Assembly: GCA_051294905.1 (NCBI GenBank)
Contig: CM119371.1
Coordinates: 1,614,001-1,678,000 of the forward strand
Length of the DNA stretch: 64,000 nucleotides
Direction: 5' to 3'
DNA from: Botryllus schlosseri
Taxonomy: Eukaryota
The stretch's first letter is position 1. Every line of letters begins with the position of its first letter. Position numbers and translations under genes: made by a program. Under the pieces are notes generated by a model. It saw only the letters and a list, made by a program, of their open reading frames with translations. It was not told where the DNA came from and did not search any database. Positions 1-13,647 of the stretch are shown one piece after another.

Positions 1-531
1 CTACACCAAGGTCAGTGTTTTATTTTATTCTCTTTCCAGTACTGAGGCTTCCTGCAGCAATTGCAAAAAGAAATTCAAGTTTTCAACCAAGACTTCGTCA
101 CGCTAGATCACACATTCGTAGAGATGTTATCCCAGTCTTACCTCCTATCTTAGCTTAATTTACTGGGGCCAGAACCTCTCCGCATCCTAATGTTCATTAA
201 ATGCAGTCGAACAGTTTTGAGCAAGTGAAAATGTAACTGCGAACCAAAATTTTGTATTTGGTACTTATGAGAAGCTTCTTTACTTTTGCATTTATTTTAA
301 TCTCACACACCTTATCGGTATCATCCTTATTGCCTTACCAATTACATTTCATTCACCTTACTCAGCTCTGAGTATTCGTTTGAGTAAAATTCATTGACTG
401 TCTTGTATCCTATTCGCTATTAGTCGTTGCCAGTCGCTAGAACTTTTGATCGATAGTAGTCGCTTATAAAAAAATCTATTTTTTTGTATTTTTCAGAGCT
501 CATGATTAGGAATGGTTCGAATAGGTTCAAG

Positions 532-2633
532 CAGGGCTGTGGAGTCGGAGTCGGAGTCGGTGGAGTCGGAGTCGGAGTCGGGGTAATTTTCGCTTGATGG
601 AGTCGGAGTCGGAGTCGGAGTCGTGAAAACTTTAATAGCTGGAGTCGGAGTCGGAGTCGGAGTCGGTGGGAAATACTGACTGGAGTCGGAGTCGGAGTTT
701 GTTAGAATGACTATGATTTCGACTCCGACTCCGACTCCAACTTCTCTATCATGTAAACATTTGCTTTCGAAGAATTTTCAATATAATTTTTATGTACTAC
801 CAATCACTGTTATTATTAACCATACAGATCAGCTGCGGCCAGCCCGTGGCACGCAGGCCAAATTTGGCACACGAGAAGGTTAGGTGTGGCCTGCGAGGTA
901 ATTCTCGAAATTATTTATGACATCAGGTACAATTGCAAGGCCAACCAAAATTTGATTAGCATGACCGAGAAATTTGATTATGACTAAAACAACAGTTCTG
1001 AGGCATTGACGTATCCAGGGGTCAGCCACATTTATCCCAGATCTTCGTATATGACCATGACCATGAAGTAGAATATTTCATAGCAAATTTATTTGACTTG
1101 AAATTTTTCTCGGTACTTCGCATGATTCATTGTCACTAGATTTCTTGCATTCAGTACTTGAGCCCCCTTCTGAAAATTATAAGTACATATTCTTCACGGA
1201 ATTGAGTCTAACTATATTCGCAACTAGGAGATACGGCTTCGCTTGTGCACTCGCAGCGAGATCGTCGACAAAACATTTGCACTAAATGATAGAGGCATGT
1301 TCATTGTTCACTGATACCGTCGATTTTGCTATGTCTAAACGTCGAATAATCCTGTCCTTGCCAAATGAGCCCAGTGGTATACAGATGCGACCCCCAATGT
1401 ATGTTAGCGACATATTTATTGATATAGCTATAGCCTAATTCAGTCGTTATCTTGCAAAAAAAATTCGCGCTTCGCGCGACCAGGGCCTGATTGTGCACTG
1501 CACAGTTGGATGACATAATGTTATCAATTTTAGAGCGTAATAATATAAGTCTTGTTTGCAATGTTTCATAATTCGGTTCGCTCCTATCGACGACTAAAAA
1601 AAGGTTATCAACATTCCCGTTGCCCGCGCAATGGTTCGTAAATCTCAGGTGTCCCTTTCGCCGAAAAAGTTGCCCACCCCTGATAAAGATAAAAGACATT
1701 ACTTGCAAATTACAACTCAGTTGCAGAGGGGAAGAAAATTGTAAGATGCGTTTTCGCGATACAGTCAAAATTGATGCAATTTTTGGAATTATACCATGAT
1801 ACTGTGACAGAGAAAATGCATCGGCTGGTTTTGTAAAATTGTAACAATATGTAAATATGACCAAACGATGCTTCCCATTTGACAAAATTAAAAATATTTG
1901 TAGTGTAGCTTAGCTGTTTGGGTCGAACAAATGATTAAAAAAGACTGCAAGTCCCAATCCTTGAATACTTGATTAAGTACATGTAGACTAGACATAGCCA
2001 AGGTCTTTAACTACTTAACTAAATTCCACTTATGACCAATGTCTATTACTAGTAGTAAGAGTGTTTGTGCTTGTAATCAGGATAGTGTGTAATGACAAAA
2101 TTAGTAAGTTCAATTTCTTTATTAGTTGCTGAGTCATACACAGGAGCTACACTTGGATTTTTTATCTACATTATTATTATACAGGATTGGATATCTGCCA
2201 TATTTGAATGATTCATACATTTCAGGATATTAGAGAGTCCATGTTATAAAAACTTGAATAAGGAAGGATATTTAGCAAATCTTTATTTCATGTTAATTGC
2301 ATAGTGGATAATTCGAGCTGTGCCACAATGAAACAATTCAGCATGCCACAGTTGATCATATGTTTGCATATGTTTAATGGTTGTATGATAGTCATTCAAC
2401 CGACAATGTGGCATATAATTTTCGAGGTAAATTGGTAATAATGCTGGAGTCGGAGTCGGAGTCGGGAGTCGGAGTCGGTACGTTTAAAGACCCAGGAGTC
2501 GGAGTCGGAGTCGGAGTCGGTACGTTTGAAGACTCAGGAGTCGGAGTCGGAGTCGGAGTCGGTATATTGAAAATGTGTGGAGTCGGAGTCGGAGCCGGAG
2601 TCGGTGGTAAAATTTACCGACTCCACAGCCCTG
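532..2633. mobile_element. Non-autonomous hAT-type element with (GGAGTC)n subterminal arrays
   Basis: TIR cagggctgtggagtcgg / ccgactccacagccctg; perfect 8-bp TSD ggttcaag (524-531 and 2634-2641); GGAGTC hexamer arrays at both ends; a further orphan end at ~4115-4173. Confidence 0.92.
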
Positions 2634-2765
2634 GGTTCAAGTTTGTTTTTTTCTAATTAAAGGGTATTCTACGTAGTATGAATCATGAATGAAACATGAA
2701 TAGCTTGAGATTGTGGCTGAATACGTCGCTACAGTTGTCAAAAAGCACCTCTCTACCAAATCAGT

Positions 2766-3253
2766 CAGGCTTTTACCAGTAATTGTATTTTCGAGTCAAT
2801 CTGTGTATTGACTTGACTCGGATAGGACTTGAGTCATTACGCATGACTTGAATCAAGTCATATGACTTGAGACTCAGACGGGCAAGATCGACATTTCATT
2901 GAAATTTCAAAGAATAGTAAAGTGACCACACTATTGGGATTTCGTCTATGGGTACTGGTACCTAAAAATGCAACCAGAAACTGCTACAAGTGAGGAAAAT
3001 TAATGTATTAACCTGTGAACCATTCAATATCAACAAACTGGGTTATAATATGTGGGTTACCAAGACTTTAACTGGAAGCTGAGCCGTCAACACAATGACT
3101 TGGACTCGAGTCATAATGCCATGACACGGACTCCACCCTCTGATCTCTGACTTGGACTCGGTGTTGAGTTGAAAATGACTCGACTTGACTCGAGTCAAAA
3201 CTATGAAAATGAGATTAACTTGCTACTCGGAGCGTGACTAGGTTACAACCCTG
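2766..3253 (-). mobile_element. GACTCGAGTC-rich MITE (family A), degraded copy
   Basis: Ends in ggttacaaccctg; internal gactcgagtc/gacttgagtc motifs; collinear with the copies at 40337 and 62772. Confidence 0.8.
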
Positions 3254-4585
3254 ATTTGATATATTTAGCATAGAGTAATTTTAATCATAATGTAATTAGA
3301 ACATGCAATAAAGTAATTGTAATTGAATTGAATTAATGTAATTGATCCAACTCTGGAGGTAGCCCTATATTTAAATTAATACACAGTGTACTAAAGAAAA
3401 AATTTCCGTAGCATAAATCTGCTATTATTGATTATATTTATACGGAAAACATTTTTAGCATACTTCAAGCCTTTAAAATTGCGGACTTAGAGCCATATAT
3501 TAGAATTTCCTTCCGGACGCAACTTCAACCCGAACATGTCGGGGAAACTCCGGACGTATGGCAATACGAATGTATACCTCAATCCACAATCGCGGAAATA
3601 CACGTTCTACTGTTCGGGGTCATGTCCCATATTCGAAATAACTTGAAAATTTCAGATAATCATCCGTGCGCACTTTTTTCAACAAAAGCAATGTTATTTT
3701 GATGCAACGATGCGTTCAGAAAATATCCACACATAACTGTGATGATCTAAACCAGTGGTGTCAAAGAAAACAAATGTTGAGTAATATTCATATGCCAAAT
3801 TATACCCACTCTATAGAGTGGCAAAATGTGCGCAGAGTTCACAGGTTTATGTAAAATGTATTGCTAAGTAGTTCTTCATAGAGGTGAAAAGGCAATGCAA
3901 AACTTTTATATTCAGGTCACACGGAGAATAAAAAGTGACAAAAATATAGTTCTGATATCTGTTTCCGCAGCGCTATGTCAGTTTTGGGTCAAACGGTCCC
4001 TGGCACCCACATAAACCTGAAATGGGTTTGAATATTGTTGAACCAAGTTCCAACGTCACCGTTTATAGTTAAATCCATCTTATTCCTCACAGCGTATAGT
4101 CACTACAGTTTTCACGACTCCGACTCCATCCAGAGAAAATTAGCCAAATTCCGACTCCGACTTCACAGCCCTGCGATAATCCCGACTCAAATTATCCCAT
4201 GATCCATGTTATATCGACTTTATTTTGATTATAGACATGGCATACAAATAACGTAGGCAAACCACGATGAACAGATGAACACTAAACAGCCTTCAAAGTA
4301 AACGCAATTTATATACAGCCCATAGTTTCAGTACGCATTGAAATGTTGAATTACAATTTCAAAGTAACTTTTCGCCGTCCGTATATTTCCCCCGCGGCCC
4401 GCCAAATCGCAAGGTCTGCTCTAAGATAATCTACAAGCTTTGGGGAACCACTAATTTTCAGTCAGTCACTGCAACAAACCAACCACATTACACAATCAGC
4501 ACACATTTATTACATTACAAACATTCTGCGTCCGGTTAGTTGTGTTGTAGCTAGTTGCGGATTTTTAAAGGTCGTTAGTTCTCGT

Positions 4586-4994
4586 TAGTGTTGCATTTAA
4601 AACAAACAGTGTTTTAAAAAAACATGTCTAAAGCATGTTTCAAACAGTGTTGTTAGAAATAAAATTATGTAAATTTATGCCATAGGTGCGTAAATACTTT
4701 CCAAAAAACATTGTATGAGCCGAAGAACAATTACGACCCAATATAGCCGACGTATATCGATATTGGATGGTTGGAACTCAAGGAATAGGCGGTTCAACAG
4801 TAATATTACATATATTTCGTCAAAGAAACTATATTCATTTTATATTTTCAATTGTCGATGTCAATCTGTTATGACGTCACAATTGAATATTCGTGAAGTC
4901 GTGACTTGAATGAAAATAAAAAGCATGCTTTAAACATGGGCTTTGTTTATATCATGTTTGTTTTAAATTGATTTTTGTTTTAAATGCAACCCTA
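4586..4994. mobile_element. hAT-type MITE (TAGGGTTGCATTTAAA family)
   Basis: TIR tagtgttgcatttaaaa / ttttaaatgcaacccta; imperfect TSD gttctcgt/gttttagt; same ends as 18321-21606. Confidence 0.75.
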
Positions 4995-6166
4995 GTTTTA
5001 GTTATAGTTCTAGTGGTCGGTTTTGAAAGTGAATTTTTTTAAACTTCAAAAATGATTATATTGGTATCTTCTGTCGATGCTCATGAATGACCAGATTTTG
5101 AACATTTTTACTCTCAAAATCACACAATATGAACATTTATTGTTCGACAATAAAGTGGGAAATGAGAGGTAAGGCACAGGACGGGCCAAGCATCCTTTAT
5201 ATTAGCGCAATAATTGATTTTGAATAGCTCTGAATCGATAACTGATGTCAATCGAATTAAATTGTCACACTGATATCGAAAATCTAGATATTGATCGACT
5301 TCTCAATACTAAAAGTATTCGACGGTGACGTAACGTTGCGCTATACGCCTACAATTTAGCGGCGGTAGTAGAAAGGTACTTTTAGCAATCACGAACGTGG
5401 ATATCGCTATGGTACTGTTCATAAGTTGAATTTGTAAACGTGCATGTCACTTGCACGGCAGTTCATTTGTCGCAGCAGATCCAGACGAATGTAAAGGGGG
5501 TCATTTTGATTCACAAATGATTTACGACATTAAAGAAATTTCTGACTGCTCTTAAGATACTATATTTCATATAATTTGTTGGACAAACAACACGCACTTC
5601 CGCGTTTTTAATGTAATCAACCAGGGATGACAAACGCATTTCCACGCAAATCATGCATTACACGTGAGGATAGTTTTACTGGCAGCCACCCACAGTTCAA
5701 GTATGTATTTCCAAGCTTACAACAATCCGGGATAATAATCTCTGTGGCCGGAAAATCTGTAACTGATATAGTTTCATCAACTTTACTTGTCAATTCTCAA
5801 ATTTGTCGCCTGCTCTACAAGCCTACATTTTGACGTCAGTGCAGGCACACAATCTAACAATCACATCTTGGATGGCTAGTTTGTAATTCGGATTGGTCAA
5901 CGTGAACATCACCTCCAAATGAGTTCATTTCACTCTTGTGATTAGGACAACAATGATGATTTGAAAATTGCATCATCACACATTCACACAGGCCACGCCA
6001 TGACTGCTATCCTCTCAGATGAATCAACCTAAATAGCAGCCTTCAAAGCAATATGTCGGGAAAAGCGTATTAGCGGGGGATATTGATTGCCTGTATGTAT
6101 GACAGAAATTTTGATTTCGAGCCCCATTTAGATTACGGTATATTGATTGTTTGCTATACACTAGAA

Positions 6167-7550
6167 CAGTGGTTCTCAACCTTTTTGGCTTCGCGGACCC
6201 CTTTTGACCGTCACGGACGCGCGCGGACCCCCTAAAGTTTTAGCTCAATTTTAGCTCTATTATGGTGCAACCTTCATCTGTCTTGTGCAAATATGAACTG
6301 TAGGCTTGTGATAAACAGCAAAATAGTGATTTTTCTTGAAGATAACATCATACTATTTACGTAGAAATTAGTGGACTTTTATTATTTCAAAGCTAATTTT
6401 GCTGCTGTACTTCTTGAAGTACGTGGTCGTGTCTTGAAAATCCGCGTCTTCGTTTTGATATGAACGAGGAGTGCCGAAAACCATTTCCGCAAAGATAGAT
6501 GGAATCTAATGCAATATTTACGTATAACGCTTCCGACGATACTTTTGGTGTGATCGCAACATTTATGGCACCAAAATGAAGAAACACATATTTAATGAAC
6601 ATATCACGTCCAGCATCTAGCGCAGGGACGGGCAACATACGGACCGCGGGCCGGAATCGGCCCGTGACGGCATTTTGATCGACCCGCAGAGAGATTCTAC
6701 CGTCAAAGTGAAATCCTAATCTAAAAGTATAGACAAATATTATGCTCCAGAGCATGGATCCAAGTTTTCCAACCAGAGACTGTCATGAAACGACTTGTTC
6801 TGTTCGGGTTAAATATATATTTACGAGCAAACATTTTCGACCATGAACAATTGAACATTAACAAGACAAGGCTGCATACCAATATAACTCGTGATATGAA
6901 TTTCAGGGTTGGAGCGTAATGCTTTGATAGCAACGAAACACTCCTTGTACATCAAAAAATCAGCCTTGTCGATAGGGCATCCGCAATAAGAATGCGCCAC
7001 ATGTGATAGCCGAGCTTTAAGAGCAGGTATATCATTGTCCGATTATTGACGAGTGTCAGCCGAAAATATTCGGGTTCATTTCAGTATGAATATACTATTC
7101 AATTTTATATTAAAGCTCTGTACCTCCATTTTTTTTATTTCAAACGACTGTTCACTAACTTGATGAGACTGACAACTTCAAATCGAGAAGGATTCGTAGA
7201 CATTACGAAGTCACCCTGATTGACGCTACTATCTCCATATTTTTATTTTTTCCACAAACCCGTACAAAACGTCTCTAAAGAGCAATATGTTTGTATGAGC
7301 AGGTTATTGGAAAATTGGCAATGAAAATGAGTTTCCACACTACCATAGTCCATGTCAGACGATTAATACGATGATATGAGTCATGAGGTTTTAGCAGTTG
7401 TGGTGCGAAACTGCCTCATGCTTTCTCAAATTGAAAAATAAAATAAAAATCAGGTTATCAACCATTTTAAAAATTTAGAGGTCTCGCGGACCCCCTGAAA
7501 TTGCTTCGCGGACCCCTAGGGGTCCGCGGACCCCCGGTTGAGAACCACTG
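6167..7550. mobile_element. Non-autonomous hAT (Charlie/Buster-like) element
   Basis: TIR cagtggttctcaac / gttgagaaccactg; perfect TSD cactagaa; gcggacccc subterminal motifs; a second hAT-like 5' end nested at ~6623. Confidence 0.92.
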
Positions 7551-8227
7551 CACTAGAATTATACTGCATAGAATTCTAAAATGTGAAGAATTGTCTCGCG
7601 GCACCCTTGCGGGACGTGAATGGCACACTAATTTGGCGCAGAACACCGTTTGAAAACCACTGCCTAGCCGTTCCTTTACTTTCAATCGACACAAATAGAC
7701 CGCCTAAATTCGCTGTTACAATTGTTATGCCAAGTGGGCCAACGACTTGGATCGCAAATTCACTGCTGCTTGCGTCGTTACTAGTTTCTTCAGATTTCGA
7801 AGGCACTCCGGTTATCAGGTTATGAGATGTTCTCCTACTGGTGAACTACCTGTAATCGACGGAATTTGGTACCATCTTTGGCCGTGACAGTTGCGATTCC
7901 GATGTGCTTGGTATAAGGCACACATCAACACTGATTCCAGATCACATAGCGATTTTTTTACAAGTGCGAGTTAATGAAACAACACTATTTTCAAAACAAA
8001 TTATACTCTGCTGACAAATTCATATGGCCGCATATTAAATGTGGAACTGGACAGATTTTCTCGCAACTATTTGTCGGTGAATGCTTGGCTCTCATATATT
8101 GTTTCTGTAAGAGACCAAATCAGAAGACGAAAATTATTGTGGTAAGCCGGGCCACAACTTATTCTGCGGCGTAAATTCTGGTTCTAAATTTCGGGCAGTA
8201 AAGGATGTCTTTACTCGAGATGCTAAG

Positions 8228-8422
8228 CAATATTTCCTTTAAGCTGCGCACGTGCGCAATTGCGCAGTGCTGACCCGTCCGCTGAGCACAGAAAATCTAA
8301 GCTACCCACAAAAAATCCGAAGTTATGACCTTTTTTCAGTCGTTACGCACTGCTGTCCAACGACCGCGCAGTGAGATGGCGAGTGTGCACCGACTAGTTA
8401 AAAAAAATTAGAGGGAACATTG
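8228..8422. mobile_element. Short MITE (CAATGTTCCCTCTAA family)
   Basis: Degenerate TIR caatatttcctttaa / ttagagggaacattg; TSD atgctaag/ctgctaag (7/8); related end at ~23794. Confidence 0.7.
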
Positions 8423-9274
8423 CTGCTAAGTGAATGTGTAAATAGCATAATAATATTTTCATATCAATTACTGAGTATATGACTGTTTATTCACAACAAA
8501 ACTCACTGACCATGTAAGAATGCTAACAAACAAGGTTGAAACTGAACAATACAATAATCGGAAAGCAATGCCGAAGATGGAAGTTGTAATCAGCATTCAC
8601 CCAAGTTTATTAATCAAAGTTTATGTAGACTTATGGCGAAGGTTACGGAAGCCAGCTCATCCAGGTTAATTATGATCGTCTAATAAAAAACTTTTAATAT
8701 TGGCTAATAAACTTTGATATTGAATTTCCCAAAAAATGAACATTTGCATAATATCTACTCTGAAGATTTAATCAATCCAATGTGACGTCCACCAGCGTCA
8801 TATATTGCGCACAATTAGCCAGTTTTCATCGCCCGGCAATTAAATTAGGTCAGTCGTCATACAGGCGTTTGTTGATTGAATCTGAATTAGTCTTTTTGGG
8901 ATAACAGCTGATGTCTATGGCAAACGACTATTTGGAATAGCTAATCTTCGAAGTAATACATTAAGCCATCGCTGTCGGGTTAGTGATATCGATGAAAATA
9001 CTCCTGATATACTCATATATCAAGTATATTCATAGTTCACTGAGCAGGTTGCTACTATATCGTTCCCATCGAATACGATTTTGAAAATTGCTATGGTTCC
9101 CGCAATAGGCCTAACCAACGCGAAATTATGACCCCGAATGGATTGCTAAGGAAAGATGTGAATATTGCACCATATCATATCTGAAGAGGGGAGGCTTCAA
9201 AATGAGATAAATTCCAGAATAACACATCATATAGTTTTCCTACGAAATGAATCATTTGAAAAAGTATGACTCAC

Positions 9275-9684
9275 TCGTATTCGATTTTCCAGACACCTTG
9301 CAATGATGCTCAAAAGCTCGTCGTCGATACTGCAGAAACTTAAATTCAAAGAACGAAGGCTTTGATTCCTTGCTGCGAGCGATCCAACGATATGAGCTTC
9401 ATCGCGATTCAACGAGATATAAGATGCGTCGATGACGGAAAGATCTTTCATAAGATTGTCGTCGCCCGATTCGTAGATTGCTGTATAGAGTTCCATGCGA
9501 ACGTATCTGTCTCCGTCTCCAGTCTTATCGTGAAGTTGTGAACGGATCGATTGATATAAAGCTTGTTGCTTCTGTTTTTGATCCGAGACTGTCAAGCAAT
9601 ACACAATGTCATTGTCGTTGTCGTTGTACCGGTATTCGTAATGTTTGCCTAATCGTTTACGTAACAATTGAATAATTCACGCGA
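9275..9684 (-). pseudogene. NLR exon: helical region plus first RI-like leucine-rich repeat; contains an in-frame TGA
   Basis: Acceptor catag| and donor |gtgagt; translation includes LRSLNLSFCSIDDELLSIIARCL (LxxLxLxxCxI); in-frame TGA at 9679-9677 just after the predicted acceptor. Confidence 0.7.
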
Positions 9685-9799
9685 CTATGATGAGACAGGG
9701 TTCAAATGGAGTCATTGAACTTTAATGTCTAGTTCACAATAACAAGATCATTTCATGCGCATCAATATCGCATGTTCGACTAAGATCGGCTCCAGAATT

Positions 9800-9982
9800 C
9801 ATACCTAAGTGTTGGAGGTTTATTTAGGCTCACCCTCCGGAAGCTATATTTTTCAAAAAGCTTAGAAGTGGGCAGTGCTACAAGTCGGCGGATGCGAAAT
9901 CAAAAATGCAAAAAATCGGCCTGGTGTAAATGACACCTTTAGCCGACAGACACCATAAATACCCGAAACAAACAAACAAACA
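9800..9982 (+). mobile_element. SINE-like repeat, family S1 (3' part)
   Basis: Shared core aagtcggc...ggcctggtgtaaatgac...acaccat with 28655-28872 and 43190-43392; (aaac)n tail. Confidence 0.65.
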
Positions 9983-10101
9983 AGGTCACATAGTGATCAT
10001 CTATGAGCCCTGGTAGCGCTCACGATAAATAATCTGCGAACTTATGCAGATTTTAGATATATAAGTTTTATTTAGCCAACTGAATGTAAAGACTTATTTA
10101 C

Positions 10102-10149
10102 CAGCTTTGCATGAATTTAAGATCTTTCGACTATTTCACCCCTTCGATT
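10102..10149 (-). pseudogene. Putative 48-nt NLR micro-exon (ESKG*NSRKILNSCKA)
   Basis: ttgtcag| acceptor, |gtaaat donor; phase 1-1 compatible with the flanking exons; carries an in-frame TGA. Confidence 0.4.
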
Positions 10150-10245
10150 CTGACAATACCATCAAAGTCATGATAAACCATAAGCGACCCATAATAATCA
10201 GTCGGTGCTGTGGCAGAATAGCCCCGGAAAACCATGATTACTCAC

Positions 10246-11754
10246 CGCTGTGAAGATCGTTATTAGATTTCATGTAAACGATGCCTGTAACGAATCTTCG
10301 AACCACGGACCATCGTTTCTCATGTAGATGTTGGCCATCAAAGCGAATGAACATTTCGAGCTCCATTTCCGAGATAAAACTAGCTGCCAGAAATTCCTGC
10401 ATGCTTTGATGACAGAAGAAGAATGTGAAGTCGCCTTCCATCAAGTGACGGCTGAGGATGTTGTTGCCAGGCACTTTCGTCATCAAATCCTGTACTTCGT
10501 CCGCGGAAACTCCAAACTGATCCAAATCTGCTTTGTAGAATACGACTCGTCCCTCTTTCATGCCTTCAAAAGCCATTTCCTTCAATTTGTTGATAATCGA
10601 GAGGATTTGCTTACGGTTTCGCATATTTTCCACACTCTGTAAGACTAACAGGATCCTGCTGTACAGTTCTGTCACGGTAGACGGAGGAGGTCTATCTGGA
10701 TCAATTCCCATCACCACTGCTACCAAAATCAGGAAAACCGGAACCGATACAAGTTGTATTAATCGCGGTGACATGATTTCAATCTTTTCCCAGAGACGCT
10801 GCCCGTTCTCACAGAGCAGAAAAGTAAACAGTTTATAAGCGTCTTGCAATGTGAGACCGGTAAGTGTGATAATATCTTGCGGACGTGCCTCCGCCGGTAA
10901 CTCGGAGACTTTGAATTCACGTGACGCCACGATGATTTTGACATGGCGAAGGATTCTGCGTGATAGGATGTTGTACATGATGGTCGACATACTTGCTTTT
11001 TCAAACGACCTCATATTTCGTATGGTAGACTCCTCAAAGTCCCACTTTACTTGATCAAGCCCGTCAAAAATTATAATTGCTTTGGATTGATTCTCCAGCA
11101 GCCATTTGAAAGATTCATCCTCTTCATACTCAGTTGCAAACAGACCGCCGAATAGAAATTTAGATGCTTTTATGGAGTTCTCTTCTTTCATGTTCTTCAA
11201 TTCGACGTAATGTATCATTTTTCGCTTCGGTTCGGAAAAGATTCCGAGAGCCCTTCGGGCAACTCTATGAAATATATTGGATATCCTGAACGGAACCGCT
11301 TCGTCCTTTTCCTTCGCGGAGGGAATTTCGAGCGCTTTCCGTGCAATTCTACGCACAAGAGTAGTTTTGCCCGATCCTGCAGAGGCGACAATTGAGGTGT
11401 AACCAACTTTATTGTCATGAGGTAATTTCTCGGACTTTGACAGCCATTCCATTATCTCTTCCATTGTTATCGGTTTACCGTCATTTTCGGATTTACTGTA
11501 AAACCCGACTTCCTCTATCAACTGACTTTTAAAAGCTTCCCTTCTAGATTCAAGAACAGGTTTATCATTTGAAGATTTTTGTTCGCGAAGACGGCCTTTG
11601 TAGTATTCATCAGCATTAAACTTTTGCATCTGCGAGAAAACTTCGAAGTCAGGTTCGTGAGGAAATTCATTCTTGAAATCTTCGCGAATTCCATTTGCCG
11701 TTTCTTGTCGAGTATGGTCGTTTATAACCTTTATCAATTTCCAGTAATCTACGC
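10246..11754 (-). CDS. NACHT-domain (STAND NTPase) exon of an NLR-family protein
   Basis: Open 1509-nt exon; Walker A SIVASAGSGKTT, Walker B AIIIFDGLDQ, sensor-1 KIIVASRE, VPVFL motif, winged-helix FFFCHQSMQEFLAA; acceptor ttttttctgcag-like (tttttctgcag|) and donor |gtgagt, phase 1-1. Confidence 0.93.
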
Positions 11755-11977
11755 CTGCAGAAAAATAAAATTATTGAAACTTTTATCAAGTATTGCGCAA
11801 AATTTGAAGGAGTAATTAAAAAAAAACATGCTATAAAACTATTTATGGTGTGGTTCTCTTTGTTAGCAATTCTTATCAGTTCAATACACCACAAAATTGC
11901 GATACAATGAAAAGATAGGAAGATGTCGAAACCACATTGAGTAGTCTTTGGAGTCAGACAACCACCATGGCCTAGGC

Positions 11978-12786
11978 CAGGGTGGACAACCTTTTTGGCT
12001 TAAGGGCCACATAAGATTTACGAAGCATTGTGCGCGCCACTTGTACGTTGATGTCCTTTTAGTCATCCGATAATAGCGGGCCGGAATAGGTAATGGTAAA
12101 ATGGACAAAAATAAAAACAACAAAATCGATAACACTTATGTCACAAAAACTCTCTACACATGTCCGAGCCGCGCGAAGCGCGAATTTTTTCAATGGTCAA
12201 TAAAAGAATGTTAGTTGCATATATTTTGCTGGGTTCATTTTACCAGGACATGATTAATCGGCGGTTGGACATATCAATATCGAAGATTTCAGTGAAAGTT
12301 GCGTCTATCACTTTGTGCAATGATTTCATCGCTGAAGATCTTTCCGCGCGTGCAGACGCCAAGTCGCATGTCGGACCATACATTCTCGCATAATTGCCGA
12401 TATAGTTACACTTAATTCCGTAAATTAGGCGTATTTTTGATTTCCGTGAGAAGGTAACACTACTTAAAGCAATAAATCGCACGCAGTGCTGGAAAATATT
12501 ACCGGTAAGTCAAATTAATTTTATAAATCGTAAATATTCCCCTTTATGGTCATATACGGAGATCTACGAAAATGTTGATGCCCCTGGCTACGCCAATACG
12601 TTGGAACTGATATTTTAGTCATGAATGTCCCAATGTCCGTGGTCAGGCTAATCATATTTTCGGCTGCTCTTGCAAGTTCACAATAAATTACCTGGCTAAT
12701 TTATTTTTTGATATTATAAGTAATTTCAAGAATTGCCTTGCGGGCCACTCAAAACCTTCTCGCGGGTCACGGGTTGGCCGGCCCTG
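11978..12786. mobile_element. hAT-type MITE in NLR intron
   Basis: Ends cagggtggacaacc / ggttggccggccctg; TSD gcctaggc/gcctagcg (6/8). Confidence 0.7.
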
Positions 12787-13647
12787 GCCTAGCGATGTAA
12801 AGAGGAGGCATGTAAACTGAATGAGAAGTAAAAGTAGTACAGAAAAAAAAGCAAGCGAAAAAATGGAGTGGCATTTCACTGAAAACGAGATCGATAGATA
12901 GTCAGTAACAATATCAGTATCAGTTCTGCTCGATTCGCTCAACAAAGAGCTATGTGATGGATTAGCTGCATCCTAATGATATCTATGGCACAATGGCTTG
13001 CAAGCAAGAAGTTCAAAAACCACATCCAAAGACGACAGTGCCTGATCTCTCTCTATATATATATTATATCGCTTGATTTATTCATTTTCGCTTCAATCTG
13101 ACGTCCTCCACTTCGGACGCTCAAGCGAGACCGCTGACAATAACACTATCATTGGGTTACCTTTTCAGGCTATTGATTTTGTTAAAGTCAGGAACGCTGC
13201 GTTTTGCTGCAATGCCATTTGCGGATCTAGGGGGTTTCAGGTGCGTGGTACTTGACTTGTTTTATAGACATGCATGGATTTTCGCGGAAAATTACTTTCG
13301 CGTGTTGCGTTACTTTCTTGCTGCGTACCGGCAAAACATGTAAGTTTCAGCGGTCTCGCCAGGCCGTTCGTGAAATAAGAAAGTATCATATTTGACAGCT
13401 CTACGCGCATGAGGAGACAGCGAAATGCTGTCATGTAGTGTCAAACCCAAAGAACATGAAATGGTATTAATGATTGATTGAATAAGGAAGAAAGAAGCTA
13501 AAAAAACAGACACCCTGCAAATCTTAAACTTTTCGAGTATCTAATACCCTAATATATCAAAAAATTATAAATGAAAATCTTTACTGCAACTTTCCAAATG
13601 CAATAAAAACTTTCCATAGTAATAATTACACTTTCTTATGTAGAGAG

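Noticed and set aside
1301..1885. 194-aa minus-strand ORF
   Set aside because: Lies inside a non-autonomous transposon, has a non-ATG start and shows no recognisable motifs; likely chance.
2381..2656. GV-repeat ORF
   Set aside because: Translation of the (GGAGTC)n subterminal array.
5600..7950. Coding-looking minus-strand stretches flanking the 6167 element
   Set aside because: Stops in all frames and no recognisable family; cannot be supported beyond possible decayed exons.
10328..11815. Plus-strand and alternative-frame ORFs overlapping the NACHT exon
   Set aside because: Shadow ORFs of the real minus-strand coding exon.
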